A DNA stretch of 64,000 bases, taken from NCBI GenBank assembly GCA_951406725.2, contig OX597816.1:117800001-117864000 (forward strand). Reading direction: 5' to 3'. Below the pieces are notes generated by a model. It was not told the origin of the DNA, ran no database searches, and worked only from the letters and a program-made list of their open reading frames with translations. This document shows, piece after piece, positions 28,858 to 41,583 of this stretch (its first letter is position 1; the number at the start of each line of letters is the position of its first letter). A program made the position numbers and the translations under genes. This DNA is from Octopus vulgaris (Eukaryota).

Positions 28858-29520
28858 CATGTACACATATACATATGTATATATATATCAACAAGGGAGG
28901 GTAAAGTTAATTAGTTATTAATCAAATTCATCAAGTGTTCAGTATGTAAAGGGACCATTATTATTTTGAGTAAACAATGTTAGAGGGAAAAAAATTCTCT
29001 AAGTAGTGGAAGAGGCTAAAAAACTTTATTGGCTGCTATTTCTAGAAAGTTTAGTATGTGGCAAAGTAATTTATTTTATTTTCCTAAGCCCTAATTATAA
29101 TATTTTATACATACATACACATACATAAGCACATACATTTACACATACATATGCATATACATATATACACATATACATACAAACACATATACACATATAC
29201 ACACACACACACACATACAAGCACATACATACATATATACATATATATACACACATATATACACATATATATACATATATATATACATGCAAATATATAT
29301 ACATATATATTTTTACATGCATACATACACACACACACACATAATACATGCGTATATTCCTACTGTACCCATGCATTTCTATACATATATACATACATAC
29401 ATACGATACACATATACAAGCGTGCACATATAATATGTGAAAGGTCTTAGGAGAAAAGGTAATCGGGGGTGCTAGGGGAACAGTGGGGTTGGGGGGGGTT
29501 GTAGGGGGGGGGGGTTGTCA

Positions 29521-29902
29521 TCAATCAGGTTGCCGGTTAGGTCTATAGTTCTTGTAGTTCGCATACTTCTTATGCATACAGTTTGGGGAGTGTTCTGAAA
29601 ATTTGTTAAGGAGAGGGCCTTTGGCGAACAAGATCTCTAGGCTCTCTGATATGCATAGGTCACAGCAGGTATGTCCTCCTGTGTACGAGCGCGCCTTCTG
29701 TAGTAGTTTCCACTTGGTCTTGAAGGGGATTGAGTTCCTTTTAAGGTACCAGATGTGGGCGGCGAGGGTAGTTTGGTTGGATTTATCCTGTCGCCGGAAC
29801 GAGTGTGTATGTGCATACCAGCGGGTCTTAAAGCTGTTTGACGTCATTCCAATGTAGGATTTACTTTTATCGTCAAGGCCTGATCTTACCTCGCATTTAT
29901 AT
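29521..29902 (-). pseudogene. inverted copy of the GIY-YIG endonuclease domain (5'-truncated)
   Basis: Same protein as 30447-30828 except N/T near the C-terminus. The N-terminal part of track ORF 29521-30021 is antisense of the spacer. Confidence 0.85.
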
Positions 29903-30828
29903 GCGTACCACAAACCAAATGAATCCCTTAGATATATAGATATCAATTCCAACCACCCCAGAAATATATTAGATAACCTAGTAAAAAGTGTCTCAATTAG
30001 AATCTCTAGCCTGTCCGCCACGGAAGATATCTTTAAGGCCGCAGCCCCCTATTACAACGAGGCCCTGGCCCGCAGTGGTTTTAAAGATAAGATTACCTAC
30101 ACTAGTATAGCCCCACGCCAACCCAGGAAAAATAGACGAAGACACATTAGCTGGTATAACCCCCCTTCAACCGTGAGGTCGCTACACCTGTAGCTAAGAT
30201 CTTTTTCACTCTCCTACAGAAACACTTCCCCACCCAACATAAGTACTACACTATCCTAAATAAGAACACTATTAGACTCTCCTACTCTACCACGCCCAAC
30301 CTAGCCAGGAACTTAGCCAACAACAATGTGAAAAAACTTAACATATCTACTTTCTCCGGGGCCCATCCAACGTCCGATAGCAATTGCAACTGCCATGATA
30401 AAACCACCTGCCCCCTCAACAACAACTGCCTACAGAGGGACCTAGTATATAAATGCGAGGTAAGATCAGGCCTTGACGATAAAAGTAAATCCTACATTGG
30501 AATGACGTCAAACAGCTTTAAGACCCGCTGGTATGCACATACACACTCGTTCCGGCGACAGGATAAATCCAACCAAACTACCCTCGCCGCCCACATCTGG
30601 TACCTTAAAAGGAACTCAATCCCCTTCAAGACCAAGTGGAAACTACTACAGAAGGCGCGCTCGTACACAGGAGGACATACCTGCTGTGACCTATGCATAT
30701 CAGAGAGCCTAGAGATCTTGTTCGCCAAAGGCCCTCTCCTTAACAAATTTTCAGAACACTCCCCAAACTGTATGCATAAGAAGTATGCGAACTACAAGAA
30801 CTATAGACCTACCCGGCAACCTGATTGA
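29903..30828 (+). pseudogene. 3' part of the Naiad PLE ORF: RT thumb, Cys-rich linker and GIY-YIG endonuclease
   Basis: AYHKPNESLRYIDINSNHP..RISSLS..YNEALARSGF..WYNPP / 1-nt frameshift in the C-run at ~30160-30166 / FNREV..KHFP..RLSYSTTPNL..CNC..CPL..CL..LVY..YIGMTSNSFKTRW..H..HIW.LK..CDLC..E..LLN..E..CMH. Confidence 0.9.
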
Positions 30829-31501
30829 TGACAACCCCCCCCCCCCTACAACCCCCCCCCCAACCCCACTGTTCCCCTAGCACCCCCGATTACCTTTTCT
30901 CCTAAGACCTTTCACATATTATATGTGCACGCTTGTATATGTGTATCGTATGTATGTATGTATATATGTATAGAAATGCATGGGTACAGTAGGAATATAC
31001 GCATGTATTATGTGTGTGTGTGTGTATGTATGCATGTAAAAAAATATATATGTATATATATTTGCATGTATATATATATGTATATATATGTGTATATATA
31101 TGTGTGTATATATATGTATATATGTATGTATGTGCTTGTATGTGTGTGTGTGTGTGTATATGTGTATATGTGTTTGTATGTATATGTGTATATATGTATA
31201 TGCATATGTATGTGTAAATGTATGTGCTTATGTATGTGTATGTATGTATAAAATATTATAATTAGGGCTTAGGAAAATAAAATAAATTACTTTGCCACAT
31301 ACTAAACTTTCTAGAAATAGCAGCCAATAAAGTTTTTTAGCCTCTTCCACTACTTAGAGAATTTTTTTCCCTCTAACATTGTTTACTCAAAACAATAATA
31401 ATGGTCCCTTTACATACTGAACACTTGATGAATTTGATTAATAACTAATTAACTTTACCCTCCCTTGTTGATATATATATACATATGTATATGTGTACAT
31501 G

Positions 31502-31546
<45 letters not shown>

Positions 31547-32194
31547 GTGTGTGTGTATGTGTGCATGTATGTATTTGTATATGTGTGTGTGTATATGTAT
31601 GTGTGCGCGTGTGTGTGTATGTTTGTGTATGTATACTTGTATATGTATATGCATGAATGTATATATATGTGTGTGTATATGTGTATTATGTATGTATTTA
31701 TATAGATATGTAGTTTATATATATATATATGTATGTATATGCATCTGTCTGTGTGTGTGTATGTGTATATATGCGTATCATTTTTGCGTATGTATACATG
31801 TATATGTGTATATGTATGTGTGTGTGTATGTGTATGTATGTATATATATGTATATATATATATATGTGTATATATATGTATATATATATATATATATATA
31901 TGCATGCGTATGTGTATGTACATGTATATATGTATGTGTGTATATGTATATATGTCTATATATGTGAGTATGTAGTAATATAAGTATAGGCATGTGTATG
32001 TATGGGTATGTGTATCAGTGTATATGTATATATGTATGTGTGTGTGTATGTATATGTATGTATATGTGTATATATGTATGCGTATATGTGTATATGTATA
32101 TATATATGTATATATATATATGTGTATATGTGTGTGTACGTATGTGTATGTGTATGTATGTGTATGTATGTCTATGTATGTATATATATGTGTA

Positions 32195-32242
<48 letters not shown>

Positions 32243-32764
32243 TGTGTGTGTGTATGTATGCATATATGTATGTATGCATGTATATGTGTATGTATATATA
32301 TGTGTGTAAGTGTGTGCATATATGTATTTGTAAGTATGTGTGCGCGTATGAGTATGTATGTATGCTTGCACACGTGTATATATATATGTGTGTGTGTGTA
32401 TTTATATGGATGCGCGTGCGTGTGTGCACGTGTATGGGTACGCATGTATATGTGTATGTGCGTGTATGCGTATACGTGTATGTACGTATGTGTGTGCGTA
32501 GATTTGTATATGTATGTGTGAGTGTGTATATATATATATATATATATATACATATATATAGATGGGTGTGTGTATGCGTATAAATGCATGTAAGTATGGA
32601 TGTATAGATGTATGTATGTATGTATACGTATGTATGTGTGTATGTGTGTATGTATATATATGTGTGTGTATATATGTTTGTGTATGTATATATATGTGTA
32701 TGTATGTGTGTGTATGTGTATGTGTGTATGTGTATGTATGTGTATATATGTATGTATATGTATA

Positions 32765-32804
<40 letters not shown>

Positions 32805-33263
32805 TATGTATCTGTATGTAGGAGTATATATGTGTGTGTGTGTATGTATATGCGGGTATATATATATATATATATATGTATATTTATTGGTGTATATGTA
32901 TAGACTAGCCTCCTAAAGTGTAGACACGTATCTGTAGGTACGAGTACGTATGTGTATATACGTGAACGTATGTAGATGTTTGTATGTATGAATATAACGC
33001 GTGCGTACGTGTATGTGTATGAGTGTACGAATGGGTGAATGTACGTGCTAATGAGTGTGCGTGCGGGAATGAGTACTTGCCTTCTAGTAGACAGACAAAC
33101 GGACAAGCAGCTATTGCCAGGATTCTTAGCCCTAGCGATCAAAGATAACAAAAGTAATAAATGAAGATAATAAAATTAAAATTAGGGAATGGGCCTGTAT
33201 TGGATTGTATATATATATATATGTATATGTATATTTGTATGTATGTATGTGTGTATGTGTAGG

Positions 33264-33314
<51 letters not shown>

Positions 33315-33685
33315 AGATATATGTGTATGTGCGTATGTGTGTGTAGATACGTATACATGTGTGTGTAGGTATAAGTGAGAATCTCCTTATTTACCTATAA
33401 CTCTATCCCCCCTTTTTTTTATATATATATTTTATATATATATTTTATATATATATTTTTTTATATATTTTTTTATATATATTTTTTATATTTTTTATAT
33501 TTTTTATATTTTTTATATTTTTATTCTTTTATTTTATCTTTTTATTTTTTTATTTTTTATTTTTTTATTTTTTTATTACCTTGACCACTCCCCCAAGTAT
33601 GATATTTTGCGCTATGCCTACCCCCAAAAAGTCCCCCACCACCACTCCTCTAAATGTATAAATGCTAATACAATTCTTGTTAAAT

Positions 33686-33736
33686 AGCTTCCTGAAGATT
33701 TCTCTTGAATGAAACAGTACTAGTCCTGTAGAAGCT
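33686..33736 (+). ncRNA. type I hammerhead ribozyme
   Basis: AGCTTC-CTGAAGA-TTTCTCTTGAAT-GAAA-CAG-TACTAGTC-CTG-TA^GAAGCT; predicted cleavage after 33730; same sense as the + strand ORF. Confidence 0.85.
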
Positions 33737-33747
33737 CCTTCTATATA

Positions 33748-33833
<86 letters not shown>

Positions 33834-34756
33834 TATCCTTAAAAAAGGATATTATTGACAGTCACTTTGAAGTTTCGGTCAGCTAAGCCGTCGTCCGATA
33901 CGATGCATTGAAGTTAATTCTTGTTGAGTTAAAATCTTCCTTGGACATGTAGGTTTCGGTGGAGTGGTAATTAAGTTATAGGGTTGGTTTTGACAGAGAG
34001 GTATTTTGGAGAAATGTTTATTGATTAAATTTGTAAGCAGATGTGTATATTTACGTGTGTTACCTTCAAATCACGGGATTGTTTATTTTAGTGGTTCACC
34101 TAAAAGGATGTTGGTAGGCCTATGATGTGACAGTACTTTTAGTTATTTTGCTTTGAAAATGTAAAAGTCAATGCCTCAATATTTGAAAACTGCGAAATTG
34201 GGTGCGTCAACTTTTTGGTAATAGAAATTTTTTTTTAGAGTTCATAAAAGAATGTAAGTAGGTGGTATGTTTTAGCTGGTTAGTTTTTTATTTGTTGGTA
34301 GATAGGATATTTTCTGTTTGTATCAGGAAGCTGAGGGATATTAGTCGGATATACATGGTGTTGCTAGTATAGAAATTTGTTTATCTTGTGCCTTGTTGTT
34401 TACAAGAAGATGTGGCCAGGTTTAAAGGTTGTTGGTCTGTATGTTTATAATAGGATAATAAAGATGTACTCTATAAAAGTATAGAGAAACCCATCAGATT
34501 AATGTAAAACTGTTTTTACTACAGCTGAACATAAAGGCAAATGTTAATACACACACATGCATACATACATACATACATGCATACATACATACATACATAC
34601 ATACATACATACATACATACATACATACATACATACATACATACATACATACATACATACATACATGCCTGCATGCATACATTCATACATGCTACGTGTA
34701 TCAGGTTACACACATGTAATCAGAAGTTGAATTTTAGCATTAATGTGTGTGTGTGT

Positions 34757-34846
<90 letters not shown>

Positions 34847-35443
34847 AAGAATGATTAATTTTATTTTATCAAAAGATGTGAAATGCAAAGTTAGCTCGAA
34901 TAGAATTCAACCCCGTGATGTAAGTATATGAAGGTAAATTGTACATGAAGGTAAGTATTGAGGTTTATAACTCAATGCTTCTCCCCACATCATTTAAAAG
35001 ACATGTAACATGTAACTTAAAAGTTACTATTCTATTTTGATTGTTTTGTCACCTATAACGTTCTGGTTGTTTAGTCCTCGATCAGTCCTGACAGAGCAGA
35101 TTTATTATCAAAATGCCTTGTAGCCCTGTCTGACTCATCTTCCTTTTTGCGACATATATCCATCCCGGACTACATTATGTAATACATCTGGTATGTTTTT
35201 AAGACGATAAAGTATGATTTCAGAAAAATTTCCCAACTATTTCTAATGGGTCGTATAACTATGTAGAGGCTCCTTTGGAGATTTAGATGATGTCTGGACA
35301 CTGAGTTTGAATCACACTAAGAGTTTCCTCTTCGCGATCGGCATGATTGGATTTTAATTGTCTTCACATTCGGGGTCATTGGAACAATTTTGGGAACTGG
35401 TTGAGTACTAAAGGAACCACTGTCCAATTTCTATCATCTGACT

Positions 35444-35752
35444 CAGTGATTCTCAACCGGGGTCATTTTGTGGGGTCCACGCCGGTAAATGAATTGGAGA
35501 TGCACGGTAGTACATTGAGGATCTATAAAAAAATTTATTTTAGATGTATTTATTGGAAGAAACAGCTAGGTTTCTTTCTCTAGCGTTTTACACAGTTCAA
35601 CCTACACATGTTAATGTTTGAAAAATAAAAGATGGAATTTTGAAAGAAGTACCAATAAAACTAGATTTTACACATGGAGAGGTTATGGGGGTCCACCAGA
35701 GAAAGATAGGAATCAAAGGGGGGGCCATAGCAAAAATGGTTGAGAAGCACTC
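35444..35752. mobile_element. hAT (Charlie-like) MITE
   Basis: TIRs CAGTGATTCTCAACC / GGTTGAGAAGCACTC; degenerate 8-bp flanks ATCTGACT and GTCTAATC. Confidence 0.65.
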
Positions 35753-36551
35753 GTCTAATCAGAAAGTAATAGACATACTAACAAGGTAACATATTCAATG
35801 TCAGTTCTCCCCAAGATTCTTCAGGTTGCACTCTCCGTCCACTTTAATCCTAAGGTAGCAGAAGGATATGGAACAATCCCCAAAGCTGGAGATGATTCAA
35901 TTGGATTTCAGATGCAATATACGAAGCAACAAACATATATGACAGTCTTACTGTGTCCTTACATTCTCTTTCACCATTCACTCAACATAGGTCGTTTTAG
36001 AGTTTTGTTGTATACAAACTAACGTTAGCCAGGTGAAAATATTAAATTATAAATCTGTTTGTAAAAAACAGAAATACTTCAAATTCCGTATATGAATTCT
36101 ATCTGTGTGTATGTGTGTGTATGTATGTATTTCTCTCTATCTGTCAGTTAAATATCTATCTATTAATACGCACACACACACACACACACACTTAAATATA
36201 TGATGTTTGCATATTAAATAAAGAATAATCATATAAAACCAAACCCGCAGGACGAACAATGAAATCAAATAGGTAAAAGCTGAAACTACGTTTATTTTAG
36301 TTCCCAAACATGAAATTTGGTAAAAATAAATTTTCTGTAACTAATTTATCAACAAAAATAGAAAGTGTATATCAATGGAAGCAGAAACTATATTTTCAAT
36401 AGTTATTTGGAGTTAATAGAAACTAGTGGATTCTATAATCTGAGATTCTAAGTGAAAATCCTAGGGGAGTAAGCTTTTATCTTTCATGCGTATGTAGAAA
36501 CTAATAAACAACATTAGTAGTATGAACAGACATAAGTTGGTGGGCCGAGAG

Positions 36552-36594
<43 letters not shown>

Positions 36595-36939
36595 CAGAGT
36601 GAATAAGAGAAGAAGGAAGGAGAGAAAAGAGGAGAGAAACGATAAAGAGAGAAGAGACAAAGAGGTCTCTTAAAGCACGTGTGAAGCTAATTGACTATTG
36701 AGACACTGACTGACCGCGGCACTGCTTGCTCATGATAACCTAGCTTCCGCAGCACGACGTATTTTATTGATTTCATATACTGAGTCGCTAAGCGACGTAA
36801 CTCGACACGCCAGCTTATACCGGTAAACACACGTGCGCACATATTTACGATGGGGCTCAGTGCACTTATTCTCAACCAAATATCACACACAATGTAGGGG
36901 CCAATTATAAGAAATAATAAACATAAAAGCGGAGATATT

Positions 36940-38134
36940 GGATCTTTTTCATTTCCAAGGCCTGTTTTTTCAGATTTTTCCTACTTAACCAAAGAATTTG
37001 AAACTTCGTATACTGGTAGAATGTGTCAAAAGAAAACATAATTGTAAACCAGAATGAAAACGGAATTGTAATTTCAAAGTTTAACGTTGTTTAATAATTA
37101 GAATTTTAACCAATGGTATTCGGTCTTTCGGCTTCATATTATTTACTCCGTCTCAATAGACGTAAACGGCTATTTTGCTGACGTATTTAACATACGTGAA
37201 ATGTAAACACCCGGTTACCGTATTCCTTCAGTTTCTATTCACATTTTTTAAATATATTATTAACTAACTTATATATTAAACTTACATATTATATAACTAA
37301 CTTAGTTTTTGTAAATTTTCGTATATTTTTTGTGATTTTTATTCCTTACTTTATTCGTGTAACTTTTATTTCTGTAACTTTTTATCTTTGGCAATCTTTC
37401 GTATGTGTGTGTATGTATGTATGGCCGATTCAGTGTTTACATTATTTCGAGTTAAAACGAAAGATTACCTTTGCTATGTAGAAAATAATGAGGTTGACTC
37501 AATGGAATAATGACAGTGATCGAAGATATACACAAAATTTCTTTTGGTAATCTTTCGTTTTAACTCGAAATAATGTAAACACTGAATCGGCCATACATAC
37601 CTACACACACACACATACATACACACACATACATACACACACACACATACATAGATACATACACACACACACACATACATGCATACATACATATACACAT
37701 ACACCGAGTAAAAAATTTCAGTTATCTCTCTCTTTCACACATTACTCTCTCTTTCACACATTACTCTCTCTGTCTCTTCACACACACTAACAGAAGTACT
37801 TCACTAACACAACATACTTTCTGTCTCCCACACCCCATCAAACACACACATACGCACACAAAACACAGACCTACGCACAGCTGTCTACGTCACAAAAAAG
37901 CTTTCTACGTCACACTAAGATAATGCAGTTAATTATTTCAAATGAAAACAAACAATACGATTGGTTAAAATTCGCAGATTAAATCTACCCTTGAAGTTAT
38001 AAAATACATTTTTCTCAAATAAACAAGTTGAAATTAGTGTTTTCTTTTGAGACACTCTACCAGTATACGAAGTTTCAAATTATTTAGTTAACTAGAAAAA
38101 TCTGACAAAACAGGCCTTGGAAATGAAAAGATCC
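36940..38134. mobile_element. non-autonomous DNA transposon with ~100-bp TIRs and a perfect 8-bp TSD
   Basis: GGATCTTTTTCATTTCCAAGGCCTG...TTTGAAACTTCGTATACTGGTAGA is inverted at ~38035-38134; TSD GAGATATT at 36932-36939 and 38135-38142. Confidence 0.88.
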
Positions 38135-38340
38135 GAGATATTAATCCGAAGCGCTGCACTACTTGGTTGCAAAGTAAACTTTTTAACTATAAGGCTATGC
38201 CTCGTGTTCATATACATGTGTGTGTGTGCGTGTTTGTGCGTCTGTGTGTATTTACATATGACAAGGTCCGGTGCCATAGTAGAAGACATACACCCAAGTT
38301 GCCAGCAATAGGACTGACCTCGAAATCACATTCATGTCTA

Positions 38341-38415
<75 letters not shown>

Positions 38416-38446
38416 CAAAATAAGCAATAAGGATATCCAGAGGTAA

Positions 38447-38532
38447 TGCAGTACGATCGTTTCACGCAACTCCATTTAATTGAACAATGCAATCATTACA
38501 TCGATTTAAATGCAGAGCAATCTTCAGCTGCA
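38447..38532 (-). ncRNA. minimal type I hammerhead ribozyme (PLE type)
   Basis: TGCAG-CTGAAGA-[long imperfect stem II]-GAAA-C-GATC-G-TA^CTGCA; palindromic tetraloop in stem III. Confidence 0.75.
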
Positions 38533-38609
38533 CAAAGACATAGAATTTAATTGAATTAAAACATGGACACATTAGTATAACTTCATCTAAATTAAATTCT
38601 ATGTTTTTG

Positions 38610-38695
38610 TGCAGCTGAAGATTGCTCTGCATTGAAATTGATGTAATGATTGCATTGTTCAATTAAATGGAGTTGCGTGAAACGACCGCACTGCA
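38610..38695 (+). ncRNA. mutated hammerhead copy (cleavage triplet GCA, loop GACC)
   Basis: TGCAG-CTGAAGA...GAAA-C-GACC-G-CA-CTGCA; U16.1 is lost, so it is predicted to be impaired. Confidence 0.55.
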
Positions 38696-38843
38696 TTACT
38701 TCTGGATATCGTTGCTTATTTAAATTTTAATCAGCTTATTTTGAAATTGTATGGATAATACCGTACTAAATTCTGGTGCCTCAACTTAAGTACCATATTC
38801 AAATGAATCTAAATTTTTGCTGAACTCATCAACCATACCCCAA

Positions 38844-38882
<39 letters not shown>

Positions 38883-38970
38883 TATATAAATGTAATATAA
38901 ATATATATATATAATATATATATACATATATTTATATATTTACATACATACACATACATACATACATACA

Positions 38971-39002
<32 letters not shown>

Positions 39003-39212
39003 AAGAATAAGGAGAAAAAGGAGAGGTAATTAATAAAATATTATCAATTAATTATAAAATCTGACATCTCTGACAGCCGTTTCCATTCAGTAATGTTTAG
39101 ATAATTAATTTATAAAATTAAAACCATTGTAAGATGAATCTCTTCAGTGGTAGTAAAGATATACCGATTAGAAATACATGCTGAGGTAACGGCTGCAAAC
39201 CGTTAACTGAAG

Positions 39213-39264
<52 letters not shown>

Positions 39265-39334
39265 ATGTGTATGTGTGTGTGTGTGTGTGTGTGTGAGGTG
39301 TGTGTTTTAGGCTGTAAGCAAGAATACACTTAGA

Positions 39335-40508
39335 TTAATTAACATAGAAGCTAGGAATATTATGTATGATTATAATATTCAAGACAAAACTGAGTTCTTT
39401 GTACCGGTTTGGCCCTGTATTACGCTTAAAGACCACAAAGAGAATTTCTCAACTGATCCTAAGGGTAGATTTATTTGCCCAACTAGATTTAGCTAAGCTT
39501 AGTAAAAATATCTTAGATAAATACATACTGACACTTGAAAATAAAATAGCTCTCGAATGATCTTCTAACACACAGAATGCATTAGCTTGGTTTCCAATAT
39601 TCAACAAAAATGCAAATATAGATTCTTACAAATTGATACATAAGTTACTATTCATCTATAAATCATACTATATTAAATAGCGCCCTCTTATTTGCAAGGA
39701 AAAATACAAACATTACAATGAAGGAAATAAATATAATACTTATAGCAAGTAGCTCAATTATAGAGATTGATAATAAACTATGAGCCAGAAAAGATAACCC
39801 TGATTGTTTTGATGTAACTATGGGGTCCCCGGACTCGGCTCAACTAACAGACTTAGTGGGAATTTATTTTCTTTCTATGCTACATGATGAATTCCCTGAG
39901 ATTGGGGGCGAATTATATAGGAATGATGCATTATTCATCGTAAAAAACTTCTCCAATAGACGCATGGAACTAATTAAGAAATGACTATATAAATTTTTCA
40001 AGAGATTTGACTTTACCATCACAATAGAAAGAGAGTATAATTCTATAAACTTCTTAGATGCAAATGTTAATTTAGTAATAGGGCTCCATGAACCTTTTAA
40101 AAAAAACCTAACTCTAATATTAAATACATACACTCTCAAAGCACTCAACCAACCTCAATAAAAAATGTCTTAATTAAAAATATCAGCGGAAGAATATCTT
40201 TCCTTTCATCTAATGAGGATATACTTAATAAACATAAGAACCAATATAACATAGTCATGGCTAATGCAGGCTATAAGAATAAAATATTTACCGCATATAA
40301 ATAATACTAACAATAGTAAGGGAAACTTCAAAAACAAATATAATAGCTATAAAATTAAGAATAATATTAGTGACAAAAATATAAATGAATATGTGAGCAA
40401 GCATCAAGTTAAAAATGAAAATAAAAATAATAACAAAAATAAAAATAGATCTGATAAATATAAAACAAACTACAATGTCCCCACTCTACTCGGAAATGTT
40501 GAATCATC

Positions 40509-40553
<45 letters not shown>

Positions 40554-40567
40554 TAATAATAGTAATA

Positions 40568-40661
<94 letters not shown>

Positions 40662-41583
40662 TAAGAGAGCGAATAATGCAGATATCGACAAAGCCCTGAC
40701 CCATCAATGGCTAATGGCCTCTGGCTTAAAATCTGAAACAGAGGGGTTTATCATAGCAGCTCAAGATCAATGCCTACCAACAAGAAACTACCAGGCCAAC
40801 ATATTAAAGAACGGCAGTAGCCCAACATGTCGTGTATGCCGACAACAAAATGAAACCATTGACCATGTTGTCTCCAAATGCAGTCTTCTAGCGCCTACAG
40901 AGTACCTCAGTAGGCATGATAGAGCTGCACAATATATTCACTGGGTAATTTGCAAAAACCTGGATTTGCCCCATGAAAAAAACTGGTGGGAACACAATCC
41001 ACCTCCTGTGCTTGAAAAGGACCACATCTCACTCCTCTGGAACTTCACCATTCAAACTGACAGGAAGATAGATGCAAATAGGTCAGACATTATATTGAAA
41101 GACTTCAGACAAAGAACATGCCTCCTCATTGATATGACTGTCCCAATCGATATAAACGTATCTGTCAAGACCTACCAAAAACTGAGCAAATATAAAGATC
41201 TTGAAATAGAAATCAGCAAAATGTGGAAGCTGAAGACTAAAACAATACCTGTTGTCATAGGTGCCCTGGGAATGATAGCGAAAGGGACTGATTGCTACCT
41301 AAGTCAGATACCAGGAAACCCCAAAATGGCAGAAATTCAAAAGATAGTGCTCATGGGAACTGCTCATATCCTACGCAAAATACTCTCTATGTAATCCCAA
41401 GGTTTAAAACAAACTTTTTTATTTATTTATTTATTTATTTTATGTATTAGACATTCACTAGTACAACACCAAAAAAAAAAAAAAACAAATATATGGCACA
41501 GAACTTCCAACCTGTTGTCTCTTGAGGTCTCTGGGTGAGACTTGGAGCCAACTTGTACAGACATAAAGCAAAAGTCAAACATA

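Larger units (their letters stand above)
26508..33752. mobile_element. Naiad-clade Penelope-like element; two 5'-truncated copies joined head-to-head (7.2-kb near-perfect palindrome) in (TA)n
   Basis: ~26578-29902 is the reverse complement of 30447-33752. The unique spacer 29903-30446 encodes the RT thumb and linker. There is an extra ~70-nt tail at 26508-26577, an HHR in each arm, and (TA)n on both flanks. Confidence 0.93.
38413..38845. mobile_element. short foldback element with a hammerhead in each arm, inserted in (TA)n
   Basis: Arms ~38418-38552 and ~38590-38721; ~125-nt tail on the right only; TA tracts on both sides. Confidence 0.8.

Noticed and set aside
30328-30831. Possible selenoprotein recoding, as reported for some Naiads
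   Set aside because: All linker and endonuclease Cys codons are TGC/TGT. The only TGAs are the tandem stop after the domain ends, and I cannot identify a SECIS.
27198-32916. Long ORFs of 250-380 aa rich in Y/I/H/T or C/V/M
   Set aside because: They are translations of stop-free TA/CA/TG microsatellite mosaics in the PLE 3' UTR.
39555-39990. Three in-frame TGA codons in the Naiad RT, two at expected Trp positions, suggesting an alternative code
   Set aside because: Other Trp codons are TGG and the copy also has TAA stops and frameshifts; this is ordinary TGG>TGA decay.
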